Position numbers and translations under genes: made by a program. A stretch of 64,000 nt of DNA from Lytechinus pictus (taxonomy: Eukaryota): assembly GCF_037042905.1 (NCBI RefSeq), contig NC_087250.1, positions 22,508,001 through 22,572,000 of the forward strand, in the 5' to 3' direction. The notes beneath the pieces were generated by a model. It was not told the DNA's origin, searched no databases, and saw nothing but the letters and a program-made list of their open reading frames with translations. Shown piece after piece: positions 50,801 through 63,000 of this stretch. Every line of letters begins with the position of its first letter. Position 1 is the first letter of the stretch.

Positions 50801-53800
50801 GTGGAAAAAAAATCTTTATTTCTAATTCTAGTGCACTCTACTTACATGCAGTTTCAGCCCCATGGGCTAAGCTTCTCTTCTAAAGACTGATATATCCGCT
50901 CTTTCTTCAGAGTTTTTTTTAAACATTTTCTGATTTTTTTTTGTCCTCCTCCTACACAGACGGATGTTGTCTGCCATTGGGCTCGTAGTGGTGGAGGTTG
51001 GACCGACGCTTGCAAGTAAGATACAGTGTCTATGGAGAAAAGGGTGCGCTAGCGCAACCTCCTGGTGAACGCGCCAGCCAATCACATTCACGAATGTGAT
51101 TGGCTGGCGCGTTCGTACGTTCAGCTGTATTACAAACATGACGGCAAATGATCGAAAAATAACCTGGCTGATCCTGAATGTTTGTCATACAAATTTGGTA
51201 TTTTCCAGGATATATTTTGGAAAGATGGTAAGCTGATTGCATGTACCTCTTTATTATTGCGGCCCTTTTTGCCCATCAAAAGGAGGAATTACGCAGTAAT
51301 CAAGGAGGGTGCAGCAAATTTTCTCCATAGATGCTGTAGTTAAGCGTCAGTTGAACCTCCACCAAAACAAGCCGATATGGCCTAGCCGTCATCGGTCTAT
51401 TGACGGAGGGGATACCGCAGAGCCCGACGAAGTCTCAGCGGAGCATATCTATCCCTGAAAGAAATAGACTAATTTGTTGGTCTAAACTTGTGTGTGCTAC
51501 GACACCTACACACTCAAACCGATAAATAGGTCTATTTCTGTCAGGGATATGCTCCGCTGAGGCTTTATCTAGCTCCGCGGCATCCTCTCCGTCAATAGAC
51601 CCGATGACAGCCATTGGGCCCGTAATCGTGGAGCAAATAATTGCTGCTTAACTACAGCGTCTATGGAGAAAGGGTGCGCTTTTGCACCGTCCTCAATTAC
51701 TCCTAAATTTTGCTTTTTGACAGGGTAAAAGGGAAGAAATAATAAGATGAATTCATATTACATATATATTCAGCTTACCACCTTTCCGAAAAATATGCCG
51801 GAAAATAGTGAATTTTGATGACAAACAGATCAGGATCAGCTAGGTTTTTCTTTGATCGCCATCGTCAGCACAGCTACAGCTGAGCCTACCAGCCAATCCG
51901 CTGGCGCATCCATACGCTCAGCTGATCTCGATCTGTTTGTCATCAAAATTTGCTATTTTCCAGCATATTTTTTAGAAAGGTGGTGAGCTGTTTGTATTTG
52001 ATATAAATTTATCTTTATTGTTTCTTCCTATTTCACCCCGTCAAAAAGCAAATTTAGGAGTAATCGAGGAGGGCGCAAAAGCACACCCTTTCTCCATAGA
52101 CGCTGAAGTTAAGCGGCGATTGTGTGCTCCATTATTACGAGCCCAATGGCCGTCATCCGTCTGTGTAGGACTAGGAGGACAAAAAAATCAGAAAATGTTG
52201 AAAAACTCCTCGGAAACAGTGACTTATCAGTCTACTGCACACTGCATCGTTTTAGGCGAAAGCAACCATGATTGATTAATAATAATAATTAATAAAGATT
52301 AAGTTAGTAGATCGACAGAGTGAGAAATTACAGTCTAGTTTTTATCTAATTTTATTCAAATTTAAACAGAGACGGATTGTCCCTGAAAACAAGGATATCC
52401 TCATTAACCAAAACAAATCATGTCTGATAAATTGAGATTGTCCTTGTTTATGGGGACAGTTTTTCATTTTCTTCACTTACCCCTGCGAGACATGGACGGC
52501 AATCACGGGTACTGAGAGTGCTAATAGATCGATGAGCAATGTTAGAAAATACCATTTTGAAGAACAATTTATAGATCTAGATAAAAATTATTATTTAACA
52601 AATAATAACATTTGAATTTTACTTTTAAATAATTATTATAATAATTATTTATAATCAAACTTCAAATTTTATTATTTGTTAAATAATAATAATAATTTAT
52701 ATCTATAAATTGTTCTTCAAAACGGCATTTTGTAACATTGCTCATCAAAACTATGTCATAACGAAGCAGATCAAGGGTCAAGCTTATTGTATTTGTGGTG
52801 TTTACGAATGGATACATGAGATCGGTCTGGTAAGAAACCTCTCATTTTTCATATTTATCCTAAGAGATTTTTCACACCTTCATACGCATTAGGCATATGA
52901 AGGTTTATAGATAAATGAAATCAAGGAAAAGAAAGTGATTTCTACTTCTAAAGATAGATTTCCTAGGGAAATCATTCAGTGTTTACATATCTCGCTTAGG
53001 CATGTATGCGCATGTCAAGGCTCTGTGATGAAAAAGTAGACCAATGCGTAAAAATAATTTTTAAATATCATCACGGAGTCCTCAAGGCTAGACTTAGATA
53101 AGTTATTGCACTCGACTGATGTCAGCACTTGACAAGTGAATGAACTTTCCTAGATTTCCTGTGTGGATTATTCTTAAAAAACTGAGACAGTCAGTAAACT
53201 GGGACGATCCCAATTTGCTGACCGGCGTGGTGCCTCTAACGTTATTTCTAAACTTAATCATGTTAATAAAGTCAGACATGAGCCCGAGGGAAAGGGGGAC
53301 ACTCAGTATATAATGCGTGGTGGGTGAGTGCCGCGGAGGGGACCCCCATTTTTACACTCAAATTTCCGTTCCAAGGCAGAGCATTTTCATCTTATTGAGA
53401 AAAAAAGAAAGAAATCCGCTCCAAAGCTTTGCATATTTTTCGTTACGCCGTTCCGGCCGCATTGATCCGCTACAATCAGCTGCAATTTTGGTGAAAAGCG
53501 GCCGCAGAGCACTGTCCGACCATCTCCTTCGCGCGAGCGCACCCGGCGCCAGTTCCATAGGGATTCACACACAGGCGACCCGTTCCAAGGACCCCTGTCA
53601 TGCCTGTTTTCACACACATGATTTGTAGTTCCGAAGCCCGTTCCGAGGACCCTCCTTTTTTTACAATAAGCCCGCTCCAAAGCCCCTTTTTTTTGTCTCA
53701 CCCGCGGCACATACCTACCAGTACCACTTTTTTTGTCGAGTACCCCCCCCCCCCCCCCCCCCGGGGACATGAGACAATAATGAGTTGATAGACAGTCACA

Positions 53801-54213
53801 CTGCACCATGCACCTTCGACTTGGTCACACAAACAAAACAAAAACTTTGGCCAGTTGGCAAAAAACTTTGTCATGCCTCATGGCATGTTCAAGAAATCAA
53901 GACATTGCCAAGACATGACAATGTCAATATCTGTCACACTTTGATTCTTGGCTCCAGGCCTAACAGTTAGACTCTCAATCTCAGACACAGACAGTCTCAC
54001 AAACTCAACTTCAATTCCAATTTCCATCTGCAATTGCAATTGCACAACGGCACAAATCGAGAACTTGAGTCGCTCGTCGAGAAGACACAAGTTCAGTCTT
54101 CACAGTCACACTCATCACAATCATTCACAGATCACACTCACAGCTCACATCACATCCATTTCTCAAGCTAAAATTCTCACAATCAAATTTTAGTTGTCAG
54201 TGATACTTACCAT
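41873..54213 (-). CDS. VPS26: Vacuolar protein sorting-associated protein 26 (retromer subunit), 326 aa
   Basis: complement(join(41873-41995,43443-43585,44711-44779,46017-46123,46604-46768,47609-47765,48821-48890,49637-49780,54211-54213)), 981 nt and phase-consistent. Translation includes [122 protein letters not shown], which are VPS26A/B signature segments. The first coding exon contributes only ATG (ATG|gtaagt). Confidence 0.96.
42318..42921. mobile_element. Kolobok/T2-type MITE, family A (opposite orientation), in the last VPS26 intron
   Basis: TTAA|AGGTCAAGTCCACCCC ... GGGGTGGACTTGTCCT|TCAA. Confidence 0.85.
44328..44571. mobile_element. Palindromic MITE (TATAGAGTACCGAAG termini)
   Basis: TATAGAGTACCGAAG..TGACGTCA / TGACGTCA..CTTCGGTACTCTATA, with extended imperfect arms. 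Confidence 0.65.
45072..45335 (+). mobile_element. Degenerate tRNA-headed SINE
   Basis: Degenerate A/B boxes (TGGTTTAGTTGG; GGGTTCCATTCCC), then body CAAGAATTTACCTACATTGTGTTGCATTCGACCCAG..GTAAATGAGTA..GGCAGG and a tail CTAGATAGATGGTGCT. Confidence 0.5.
45560..45963. mobile_element. TTAA-flanked TIR element (Kolobok-like), family C
   Basis: TTAA|AGAGAAATTCCAGTAGTTG ... AAAACTAGCATTTACCT|TTAA, with imperfect TIRs. A fragment of the same left end occurs at ~48015-48080. Confidence 0.6.
48388..48798. mobile_element. TIR MITE (GACACCGTTCTCATTA / TAATGAGAACGGGGTC)
   Basis: Inverted ends include AAACTAGTTTACTGGAAA / TTTCCAGTAAACTAGTTT. A smaller TIR element lies nearby at ~48083-48250. Confidence 0.6.
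50880..52240. repeat. Foldback-type element of nested inverted repeats in VPS26 intron 1
   Basis: Outer arms ~50885-51060 and ~52070-52235, with further internal inverted pairs and a perfect 23-bp-arm hairpin at 51067-51114. Confidence 0.7.
53283..53765. mobile_element. Second copy of the CCCGGG-terminated 8-bp-TSD element, in VPS26 intron 1
   Basis: TSD GACATGAG on both sides (53275-53282 and 53766-53773). The interior aligns with 26490-27037. Confidence 0.8.
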
Positions 54214-54590
54214 TGTTCTATAACCAGAAAGTACGCCTCAGTAGTTGTTTGGTAGTGATTTTATTGTATTTACCCTCGTTTTTCCGCGAACAGTCTTGTA
54301 AAAATGGGTGGATATTTTTTGGTCACGCGAAGTCTATTGAGAGATTGTCATCACGTCTATAAGTAACTGTGATTCGTATTTCTCAAAATCCTCTCGCAAG
54401 ATCTCATACAAACCACCGAGAGAAGTGTCTACTTACCACTCTTTTTATTTTATCCAGTTGAATACGAGCGCCATCTACGTTAATCGTTATGTATGTGCTG
54501 CGGACGATTTTTTTGCGACTGAAAGCTATAGAAAATGCTTGAATCCGAGGAAACGATGTCCAAATCTAGTTATTTGTGATTTGTAAGTTA
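54214..54590. promoter_or_regulatory. VPS26 5'UTR/promoter, probably bidirectional with a + strand non-coding first exon (donor gtaagt at 54583)
   Basis: Lies directly upstream of the VPS26 ATG and is CpG-richer than the flanks. Contains TCTCGCAAGA (close to the TCTCGCGAGA motif, ~54392) and GCGCCATCT (~54468). A + strand consensus donor sits at 54583. Confidence 0.5.
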
Positions 54591-54904
54591 TTCTTTGTTA
54601 TGTACTCCACTATCTTCAGTTGATTTCAGGTGATTAGCTATTATTGATCTGTCATGTTTTAACGTGTTTGATGTTTATTAAATTTGGGGAAAACTCGCCA
54701 GCATTTTTTGTTACGTATGGGACTGAAGTGAAATGGGAATTGTGTTGCGTGAAGGAGCAGGTGATATGTGCGTTAATTCTGTGTGTGTGTGTGTCTAGGC
54801 CCTAGAGAAACTCCAGTCCAAGTCCATAATCAAGCTGACCAACATGCAAATAATTGCTGATCCTCGAATATCTGGGGGGGGGGGAACGAGAGGAGATGAG
54901 ATTG

Positions 54905-55941
54905 CAGAGATGCCAACCCTCCCGATTTCATCGGGAGGCTCCCGAAAATTCATCCCAACTCCCGCCCTTACGATTACCATCCTTATCCTCCCGAAATTAC
55001 GATTTTTTTTTTGCATTGATCAAATTGGATTGGAAGTACATGTATCGTCTGCTGACTTTAGCATGTAGTAACTCCATTACGTTCGCTGCTACTAAATTCT
55101 GTGTGAAAGGCAGACAAATAAGGAGCAGCGAAAAGCTGGTGCATGTGATATGCCCAACGGGAATCCACTGTGCACCAGGCCGGTAGGCCCGGCTAGCTTC
55201 GCGAGGCGTGTGCGCTCGCGGCCGCTGGATTTGTCGTGTCGTGCGATGGAATATCGGTGTGTGATTTCGGCGTATTGATGGGTTGATATTGACACGAAAT
55301 GGCGGAAAATCAACAAAAGAAGACCAAGAAATGGTCTCAGAAGTATAAGACTGAATACAGTCTCCAGTACCCGTGTAATCGGAAGTCGGAAAGAGGAATT
55401 TACCATGCATTTTGCACAATTTGCAGCGTGGACATTAAAGTTGAGCACGGAGGTCGTGATGATATTCGGAAGCACGTAGGGAGCAAACGGCATACGGACA
55501 TTGCGAAGACGAGATCTTCGAGCTCCACTAGTACCCTGTTGACTTATTTCACCAAGCAAGGGACCAGCGAGGAGGAAGACGTTACCCGCGCTTTAATAAT
55601 AATAAAAGAGGATAATTCCTCATTATTATTGTTGAACAGGTACTTCTCTTCTATTGTCCCCTCATTTTTTTTACATGTAAAACTAAAAATGCATATTTGA
55701 TATTTTTCTTTATTTTTTATGTTAAAAAAGTGGGAACAATGTTTTTTTAAAAACATGTGAAATGCTCCAAAATAAGGGTCAGATTGCACCAGAGAGCATC
55801 TAGAAACCCAGAGCTTCCAGCTTGCAGGACCCCGGCCGCAAGGGTCGAGCGCTCCGCGCTCGAGATGTGCGCTACGCGCACATAATTTGGTGTCGGTTGC
55901 AAATCCTCCCTAATTCTGATTTCCAAAAGTTGGCATCTCTG
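54905..55941 (+). mobile_element. Internally deleted hAT-like transposon retaining the transposase N-terminal zinc-finger ORF (55299-~55592)
   Basis: TIR CAGAGATGCCAAC/GTTGGCATCTCTG, flanked by a direct repeat (AGATTG, or GAGATTGC if the TIR starts at AGAG). The ORF MAENQQKK..AFCTICSVDIKVEHGGRDDIRKHVGSKRH..VTRA has the CxxC..HxxxxxH finger typical of hAT transposase N-termini, then runs into AT-rich sequence. Confidence 0.75.
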
Positions 55942-56385
55942 AGATTGCGGGATTCATAAATGGTGGCATGAAAATGTGGCCTTGAACTTGAAGGACAATT
56001 CCACCTCAACAAAATGTTGATTTGAATAAAAAGATAAAAATCCAACAAGAATAACACTGAAAATTTCATCAAAATCGATGTAAAATAAGAAAGTTATGAT
56101 ATTTTTAAATTTCGCTTAATTTCACAAAACAGTTATACTTATACTAGATCTATGCACATCCTGTTCGTTCTTTTGTAGAGCGGTTCTACAAAGACCATTT
56201 CATGAAACGGGCCCCTGCTTATCACAATTCCATTTGCCGCCAAGGTAATCGTTTTGCAGCAAATGTAAGCAAAGAAAATTTGTCTCCCAAACTGGAGACT
56301 GTCTCTGAAATTTGATACCCAAATTCTTCACAAAACATAATAAATCGCCCACATGGGAGACAGTTTCCCAAATTGGCCATGCGCC

Positions 56386-59300
56386 TAGGGTTGCAAAGTG
56401 CTGGAAACTTTCCGGAAATTTTGGAAAATGTCCATGGAAAGTTTCAGGAATTTTCAGCTGCCGGGAATTTCGGAAATTTTCATTTTTCACAAAAAGTGTT
56501 AAATTGTGTTTTTTAATACAAAATTATAAATTGATATCCTCAAATATTATATTTTCATTTGTATTTAAACTATTCTTCATTCTTTAAATTGCCCAGGGTA
56601 TAAAATATTCATCAAACTGTACATAAATACATTATACATGTATATGTTCAGTAACATGATGGAGCATAATGTACAAAATAAAGCTTTTCATTTCAACATG
56701 AAAAAAACAAAACTTTGCATTACACTATTTTTCATTTTTCTTTATTTTTGTCAAAGGTTTTTTATGTAAGAACCTGCCTTCCATTTACCATTACATAATA
56801 ACATGTTAATAGAACAGTGCCCCCTACATGTACCGTAGTCTGCACACACAGACCCTTATTGAAACTGATCCACAAATGGGTCTTCACACAAGACTAGCAT
56901 GAATACAACTTTCTGTTGAACAAAAGGACCTTCTGTACACAAGTTATTGGCAGAAACCTTAGGCTGCATATTCAGATCACTTTCCTCAAGTGAAGGCTTT
57001 GCACTAGCAGGGCTCGAAATTGGTGGCGGTCAATTGACCGCCTAAAGCTCCGTCGGACACCCTAAAAGTCGGGTAATAGTGCCCGGGCTGACCACCAGAG
57101 AAAATAAATGTAGAAAACCGAAAATGAGTAGGTCTAGAACGAATGAAACCTCTCTCATGTAGAGCGTTTAAACTTACATTTTGTTGCTTAAGTGCTTACA
57201 ACAATGATAACAATTGCATTAAAATACTTGATACAGGTTTGAAAATGATACAGAGGCAATTTGTCAAAAAAAATAAACAATGACTGTATTGTATTCACTG
57301 TTAAACACCAACTTCAAAGAGCTCCGAATAAATTTTAACCCATCCGGCCTTCCCCTCGGTACACAGTGTACATGTGCGTCTTAAAATAGAACACACACAG
57401 AACAGCTAATTGCTGATCTGTGATTGGCCAGCGCTCCACTGATGGGAGTTGCTTTCAAGCGCGCGTGTGACCATTATCAGAAAAGGTCATGACTTCAGAG
57501 AAAAAAATCAACCCCTCCCAATCTGTGTGCGTGTGTGAGAGAGAGAGAGAGAGGAAAGGAGAAAGATAGGGGGTTGAAATCATTGAAAGCGGGAACCCTT
57601 TCATGTTTCAAAACAAAGCAAAGCAATCTGTATATTACCCCCTCCCCCATACACAGGCACACCAATTTTCCCCAGAGGCCTAAAAATAACATTCCAACAT
57701 GTACCCTTCGCCTATTCATTCCATGTCTCGACTAGTCTCCAAATATAGACCCAGTTATAGGTTCAAATTATCAAAAAATTTAATTTGGAACTTAGGAATT
57801 TTGATTTTTTAATTGAATAATATTTTGCAATTACTTTTTTTTAAATACAGTGTGTAGCATCGTGGGCAGTGCAACAAGCTTGGGTATGGCACGTAGGCAA
57901 GGGATGTTTTTTTTTCCCCAAAAAAAGTGTCTCTGTCACAAGAATACGGCGTGAATGTATTGTTTACTGTGAATTGGAGACAAAAAAGACGTAATTGGAC
58001 TTTGGACTGAGCTGTGAACAATGATCTGGACTGATTCATTCATATGCGGGGGTGTATAAAAGCATTGATTCAGGAAATTTTTTCAATTGAAACAATAAAC
58101 TGAAAGTTATTTCATGTAATTTCTTTTGACATAGTCAAAGAAATCAAAGGGGGAATAAGTAGTCATACTTTCATTTGTGAGAAACAGACCCTTGATGTTC
58201 AATGCAGTGAGGTCCAGTTGTATAAGTGTGGCATTGAGAGTTGTAGATTTTCTGCATTTTTGGTCACTAATAACATAGGTCAACTTTTGCGATTTTAGAA
58301 GACGTGATTCCCAACGAACAATCGAATCATTCAATTGTTTTTTCAGGAAATAATCGAATGGTAAAAACGACATTCGTCCCAGGCCTAAACGACATGATCA
58401 CTTGTTTATGTTTTGCCTCATCCAAGCCACTTGTGGTTTTGTTCCCACTCTTTCTGTAATGTATACTTCTGGGGCCCATTTCATAAAAAGTTGCTATAAA
58501 TTCTTTCGCAGCCAGAGGCTGAAGTGTGGAATCTTTTACAAATAAAAAATATAAACATTACATAAACATCATAAATAATTACACAATTACACAATGCAAA
58601 ATTAAGATACTTATATGATATCCAAAAACAAACTATGAGTACAGGATTTCATGCATTAAAAGAAAACAAATTAAGCACAGAGACTCAGAGTTTACCTTAG
58701 AGAGAGTGACAGAGAGAAAGGGACAGGGACAGAGAGAGACAGTTACACAGAGAGAGAGAGAGAGAAACATGGACAGAGAGAGAGAGAGAAACATGGACAG
58801 AGGGGGAGAGGGGGGAAGGAGCGAGAAAAGGGGGGGGGGTTGAAAGTGAAGCCTTTATATCAAGTTAGTACATTTAGTATTGGGGGTAAAAAAAAGGAAA
58901 AAATAGTTTACACATGTGACAGACCAAATCATGACAACAAGTCTCGGTTTGATTCACTTTATGGAGTGAGTGCACTTCAACATTTCCACGGCAACGACTG
59001 TTAACTTGGTGTGATGTTTTGACAATAAATTTATCATAACCATGATCAAATGTGAATTGAATGATGTTCTTTCCAATTTCAGTTTGGTGAAGTTGTATTC
59101 ATTTTATTATGCATGGTTTCCCTCAGTGTTGGTGAGGGTGTTGTGCTTTTATTTCAGAAAAAATTTCATTGACCCTTGTTCATTTTAAAACGTACCTCTA
59201 ACTTTAAGTCTAAAAGTGAACAAGTCTCAAGTAAAACAAAGGTGTGAAAAGGATCATGAGTAATTTTTTTATCTCCTTTGAAACAAAGGCTTGAGTTTGT

Positions 59301-61220
59301 CCTTTTTAATCCACAGAAAGGTTCCACCAGTAATGTAGTGTTTCGCAGCAAACTTACACATACAGAGTTGATACTTTACAATTTGTCATGATACAATATT
59401 TTCAATATGCACGTAATGACCACCTAAAGTTCAGTCCAGGGTGCCCGGCTGACTTCCAAAAATTAAAGTTAAAGGACAAGTCCACCCCAACAAAAAGTTG
59501 ATTTGAAAAAAAAGAGAAAAATCCAACAAGCAAAGCACCGAAATTTTCATCAAAATCGGATGTAAAATAAGAAAGTTATGACATTTTAAAGTTTCGCTTA
59601 ATTTCACAAAACAGTTATATGCACATCCTGGTCGGTATGCAAATTGGCAGAATGATGACGTCACCCACTCACTATTTCTTTTATATTTTATTATATGAAA
59701 TATGAAATATTCTAATTTTCTCCTCCTTGTCAAGTGAAACAAAGTTGTATTTCTCCCTGAACATGTGGAATTACCATTATTTTAACAGTTTATGGTTAAG
59801 TTAAGTTGGTCCTTATTGTCAAATCTGTAAAAATTGAAACATTGTATTATTCAAACAATAAAAAACAAAAGAAATAGTGATGGACATCATCGACTCTCTC
59901 ATTTGCATATGGCTGAGTTGTGCATTTAACTGTTTTGTGAAAAATAAGTGAAACTTAAAAATGTCATAACTTTCTTATTTTACATCCGATTTCAATGAAA
60001 TTTGCAGCGTTATGTTTGTTTGAGTTTTCTCTATCGATTCAAATCAACAATTTTCTGGGGTGGACTTGACCTTTAATCGAGAGGCCTGACTAGTCTGCTG
60101 TGCAAAGCCTTCACTCGAGTTAAGGGTCTGAATGTGCAGCCTACTCTTGCCTTGTGTACTGAAGGCCCTCTCGCTCAAGAAACAGCAAGTTTTGTGTGTG
60201 CTAGTGCCTAGTCTTTGAGGAGACCCACGTACTTGTTGATCAAGGTGTCATTCAGTGTTTGTGCCTGCAGACTAGGTTTGCACAGCAGACTATTCCCATT
60301 AGTAGTTATGGCACTGACTTGAGTCTTTAAATGGGAAAAATCAGGTCCAGGAACGAACAATGTTAAATTATTAATTTATTTCTGAGATGCCCCCTCCACC
60401 CCCCTAAATTGGGGGGGGGGGAGCAAGAAATAACAATATGATGGCTGACTTTGAAAAAAAATCAAGATGAATAATTTTTCACAAAGGGGGAAAAAAAATT
60501 GCACTAAGTTTGTTGACCTCAAATGAACTTTGACCTTGATTGAGATTAGTTATTTCATATTTTTTGTGATATTAAATGACAATCTCATATCAGTTTCATT
60601 TAATTTGATCTAGTATTTTGAAAATAATGAACAAAGTGTTTATTTCTAAGAGGGTTAATTGAATTGAAATAAACTTTAAGCTTGAAGCAGCAATCTGTAT
60701 TTATACTCATCAAATTAATGCCGCTAACAGCACCAAGTTCCCCTTCTGCAATTCAGAAATAACTGACAAATAAAGTAATGATAATAAAATACTAATAATA
60801 ATGCTTATAACAACAATAATGTTATAATTATTATTATTGATAATGATTCTCATCATCTGCAAAAAGATCAGAATATCTAATAGGCATCATTCGATGAACA
60901 ATGTATATCCTCGTGTAAAGCATGCCGTGTACATATACATGTACTGCAATCACACGTACCATTTACTAATACACTAAATCAACTTTTACATGAAATTCAT
61001 TGAAATTCTGCTTTGTCTGACTGTCATAGCATAATATTTGGCTTGAAACTTGCTGACCAAGCACAATTAAGCATCATCTCCCAGGGTACTCCTTTCAATT
61101 CCTGGATATAAATATCAGAAAATTGCTACCTTTTGAAAATTCCCCAAATTCCCAATAAATTCCCGTTTATTCCCATTGAAAGTTTCCACCGCGAAAATTC
61201 CCGGGAATTTTGCAACCCTA
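56386..61220. mobile_element. Old hAT-like element (4.8 kb) carrying multiple nested insertions
   Basis: CATGCGCC|TAGGGTTGCAAA ... TTTGCAACCCTA|CGTGCGCC (8-bp TSD with 1 mismatch). GGAAATTT/GGGAATTT subterminal repeats are present at both ends. Confidence 0.65.
59469..60076. mobile_element. Kolobok/T2-type MITE, family A
   Basis: TTAA|AGGACAAGTCCACCCC ... GGGGTGGACTTGACCT|TTAA. A truncated copy lies at 55988-56165 and a degenerate relative at ~25300-26165. Confidence 0.85.
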
Positions 61221-61405
61221 CGTGCGCCTCTACTGGTGAAGATGTGTATCTTCTTCTTCTTCAAGCTACACTGACTGCCTCCTTCAATCCTGAAGATTCT
61301 TGCAGTATTGTAGTACCGGGGACCAGCAGGTGCAATACACCGGGTGAACACCCTACTCTTTGACGAATAGTGTATTGGTTTTAACGTGCATAGGTTGTGA
61401 CTTTC

Positions 61406-61573
61406 GTGTTCAGTGCGGGTGTGAATGCAGTTGGAAAACACTCTGTCCATCAGAAAGAAGCAAATGTTGGTCCCATGTATAGGAGAGTCACTCTCCTTTA
61501 CACGGGACCAACATTTGCGTCCTTTCTGATGGACAGAGTGTTTTCCAACTGCATTCACACCCGCACTGAACAC
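61406..61573. repeat. Near-perfect 168-bp palindrome
   Basis: GTGTTCAGTGCGGGTGTGAATGCAGTTGGAAAACACTCTGTCCATCAGAAAG.. followed by its reverse complement, with centre GGAGAG-TCA-CTCTCC. Confidence 0.9.
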
Positions 61574-63000
61574 AGCAGTGAGGCACGCTAACACACGATG
61601 CTAGCATCAGTTTTTTTTGTTAGACGTCTTCCGGCATGCTGCAGGACTCCAACGCACGCACATTGAGATCTATGATCTTATCCGCAACAGGCGCTCTAAC
61701 TGACTGAGCTACGCTGCCTCTCTGGGCCGCACAACAAAATATAGGCATTATAGCATACACAAATAACATAATGTTCGCTGCAGCAATCGGCATTATTACA
61801 TGACGTCATCCAGCTATGATCGCAAGCCAATATACTAAGCATGTGCATTGCAAGCCTCCCAGCTGTGCCCAGCACAACATGGCATCCAAACAAGTGTGCA
61901 ACTCTCTTTCACCTCGTACCAAAAGCGACATAGAATTTCTCTAATTATATATTTTATTTCAATAATGAAAGGCATTTTCAGACGATCTATTTACTTCTCA
62001 CATTTCTGTCAAAATCATACACAATAGCTCCATAGTCACATCATGTTCGTCAGAGTGTACAGAATCTATCGCAACGTGTACAAAGTTAGTGGAGTGCTGG
62101 GTTTCTGAGCGCCACATGAATATGCATGAAATTGCCAAATATCGATAATTTTCGATCGATACTTGAGCGATCCGATCACGAGCCAAGACAATTTCAAGTA
62201 CTGTATGGAAAACGTGGCTGAATATCGTTATCGCTATCGAAACTTTTGCATACTTTTCGGCCGAATTATTTTTGTGACCACGTGATCATGACATGATCTG
62301 CGCAGTGAACCAATCAGCGGTCTCTGAATCGCTGCCGTGAGCTGTGCGGAGCTTGGCTGGTTGTGTCGCACAGTCAATGGGCAACATTTCATAGTGGGCC
62401 GATTGTATGAAAGGGTCTTTCATGTCGCCCATCTTTTATGATGGGATATGCAGGATATTTCTGAAATTTAAGATAAACAAATAAAATTTGTCAGCTAGCT
62501 TTTAAATCAATTTTTATACAATTTCATGAGATATCACATGTTATAAACAATAATTTTGTTAACTTTAACGTACAAATAAAATATATTTGCAGGTAATTTA
62601 TTGTAGATGCGTTTCACATGGCGCATCATAATAAATGGGCGACGCAAAAGACGGTTCTTGCAGAGACCCTTTCGTGCAATCAGCCCTTGGTGAATTCTTT
62701 CAAGATAATGCAAAAAAATTAGTTTTAAAACAACAACAAAATAACAGTGCCTATTGACTTTCATGCAGCCATAAAATAAAAATACCATTTTAGCAACCTA
62801 ATTTTTAACCTTTTTTCAATTCTTGCCCAGATTTACTTTCCAGGCCAAGAGCCAGATTCTGGAAACCAACCTTCAGACAAGCCTGTTCACCACGGAGTTA
62901 GCTCCAATCTCCCTTCCATCACTCCCTGCTGACCTTTGACCTGACCCCCCGGTGAACTCCGTCCTCTTGTGAAGTAACGTACCACATCTGAAGAGCCAGC

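Noticed and set aside
61115..61594. 159-aa ORF with mirrored peptides on both strands
   Set aside because: A consequence of the 168-bp palindrome and an adjoining transposon end; no recognisable domain.
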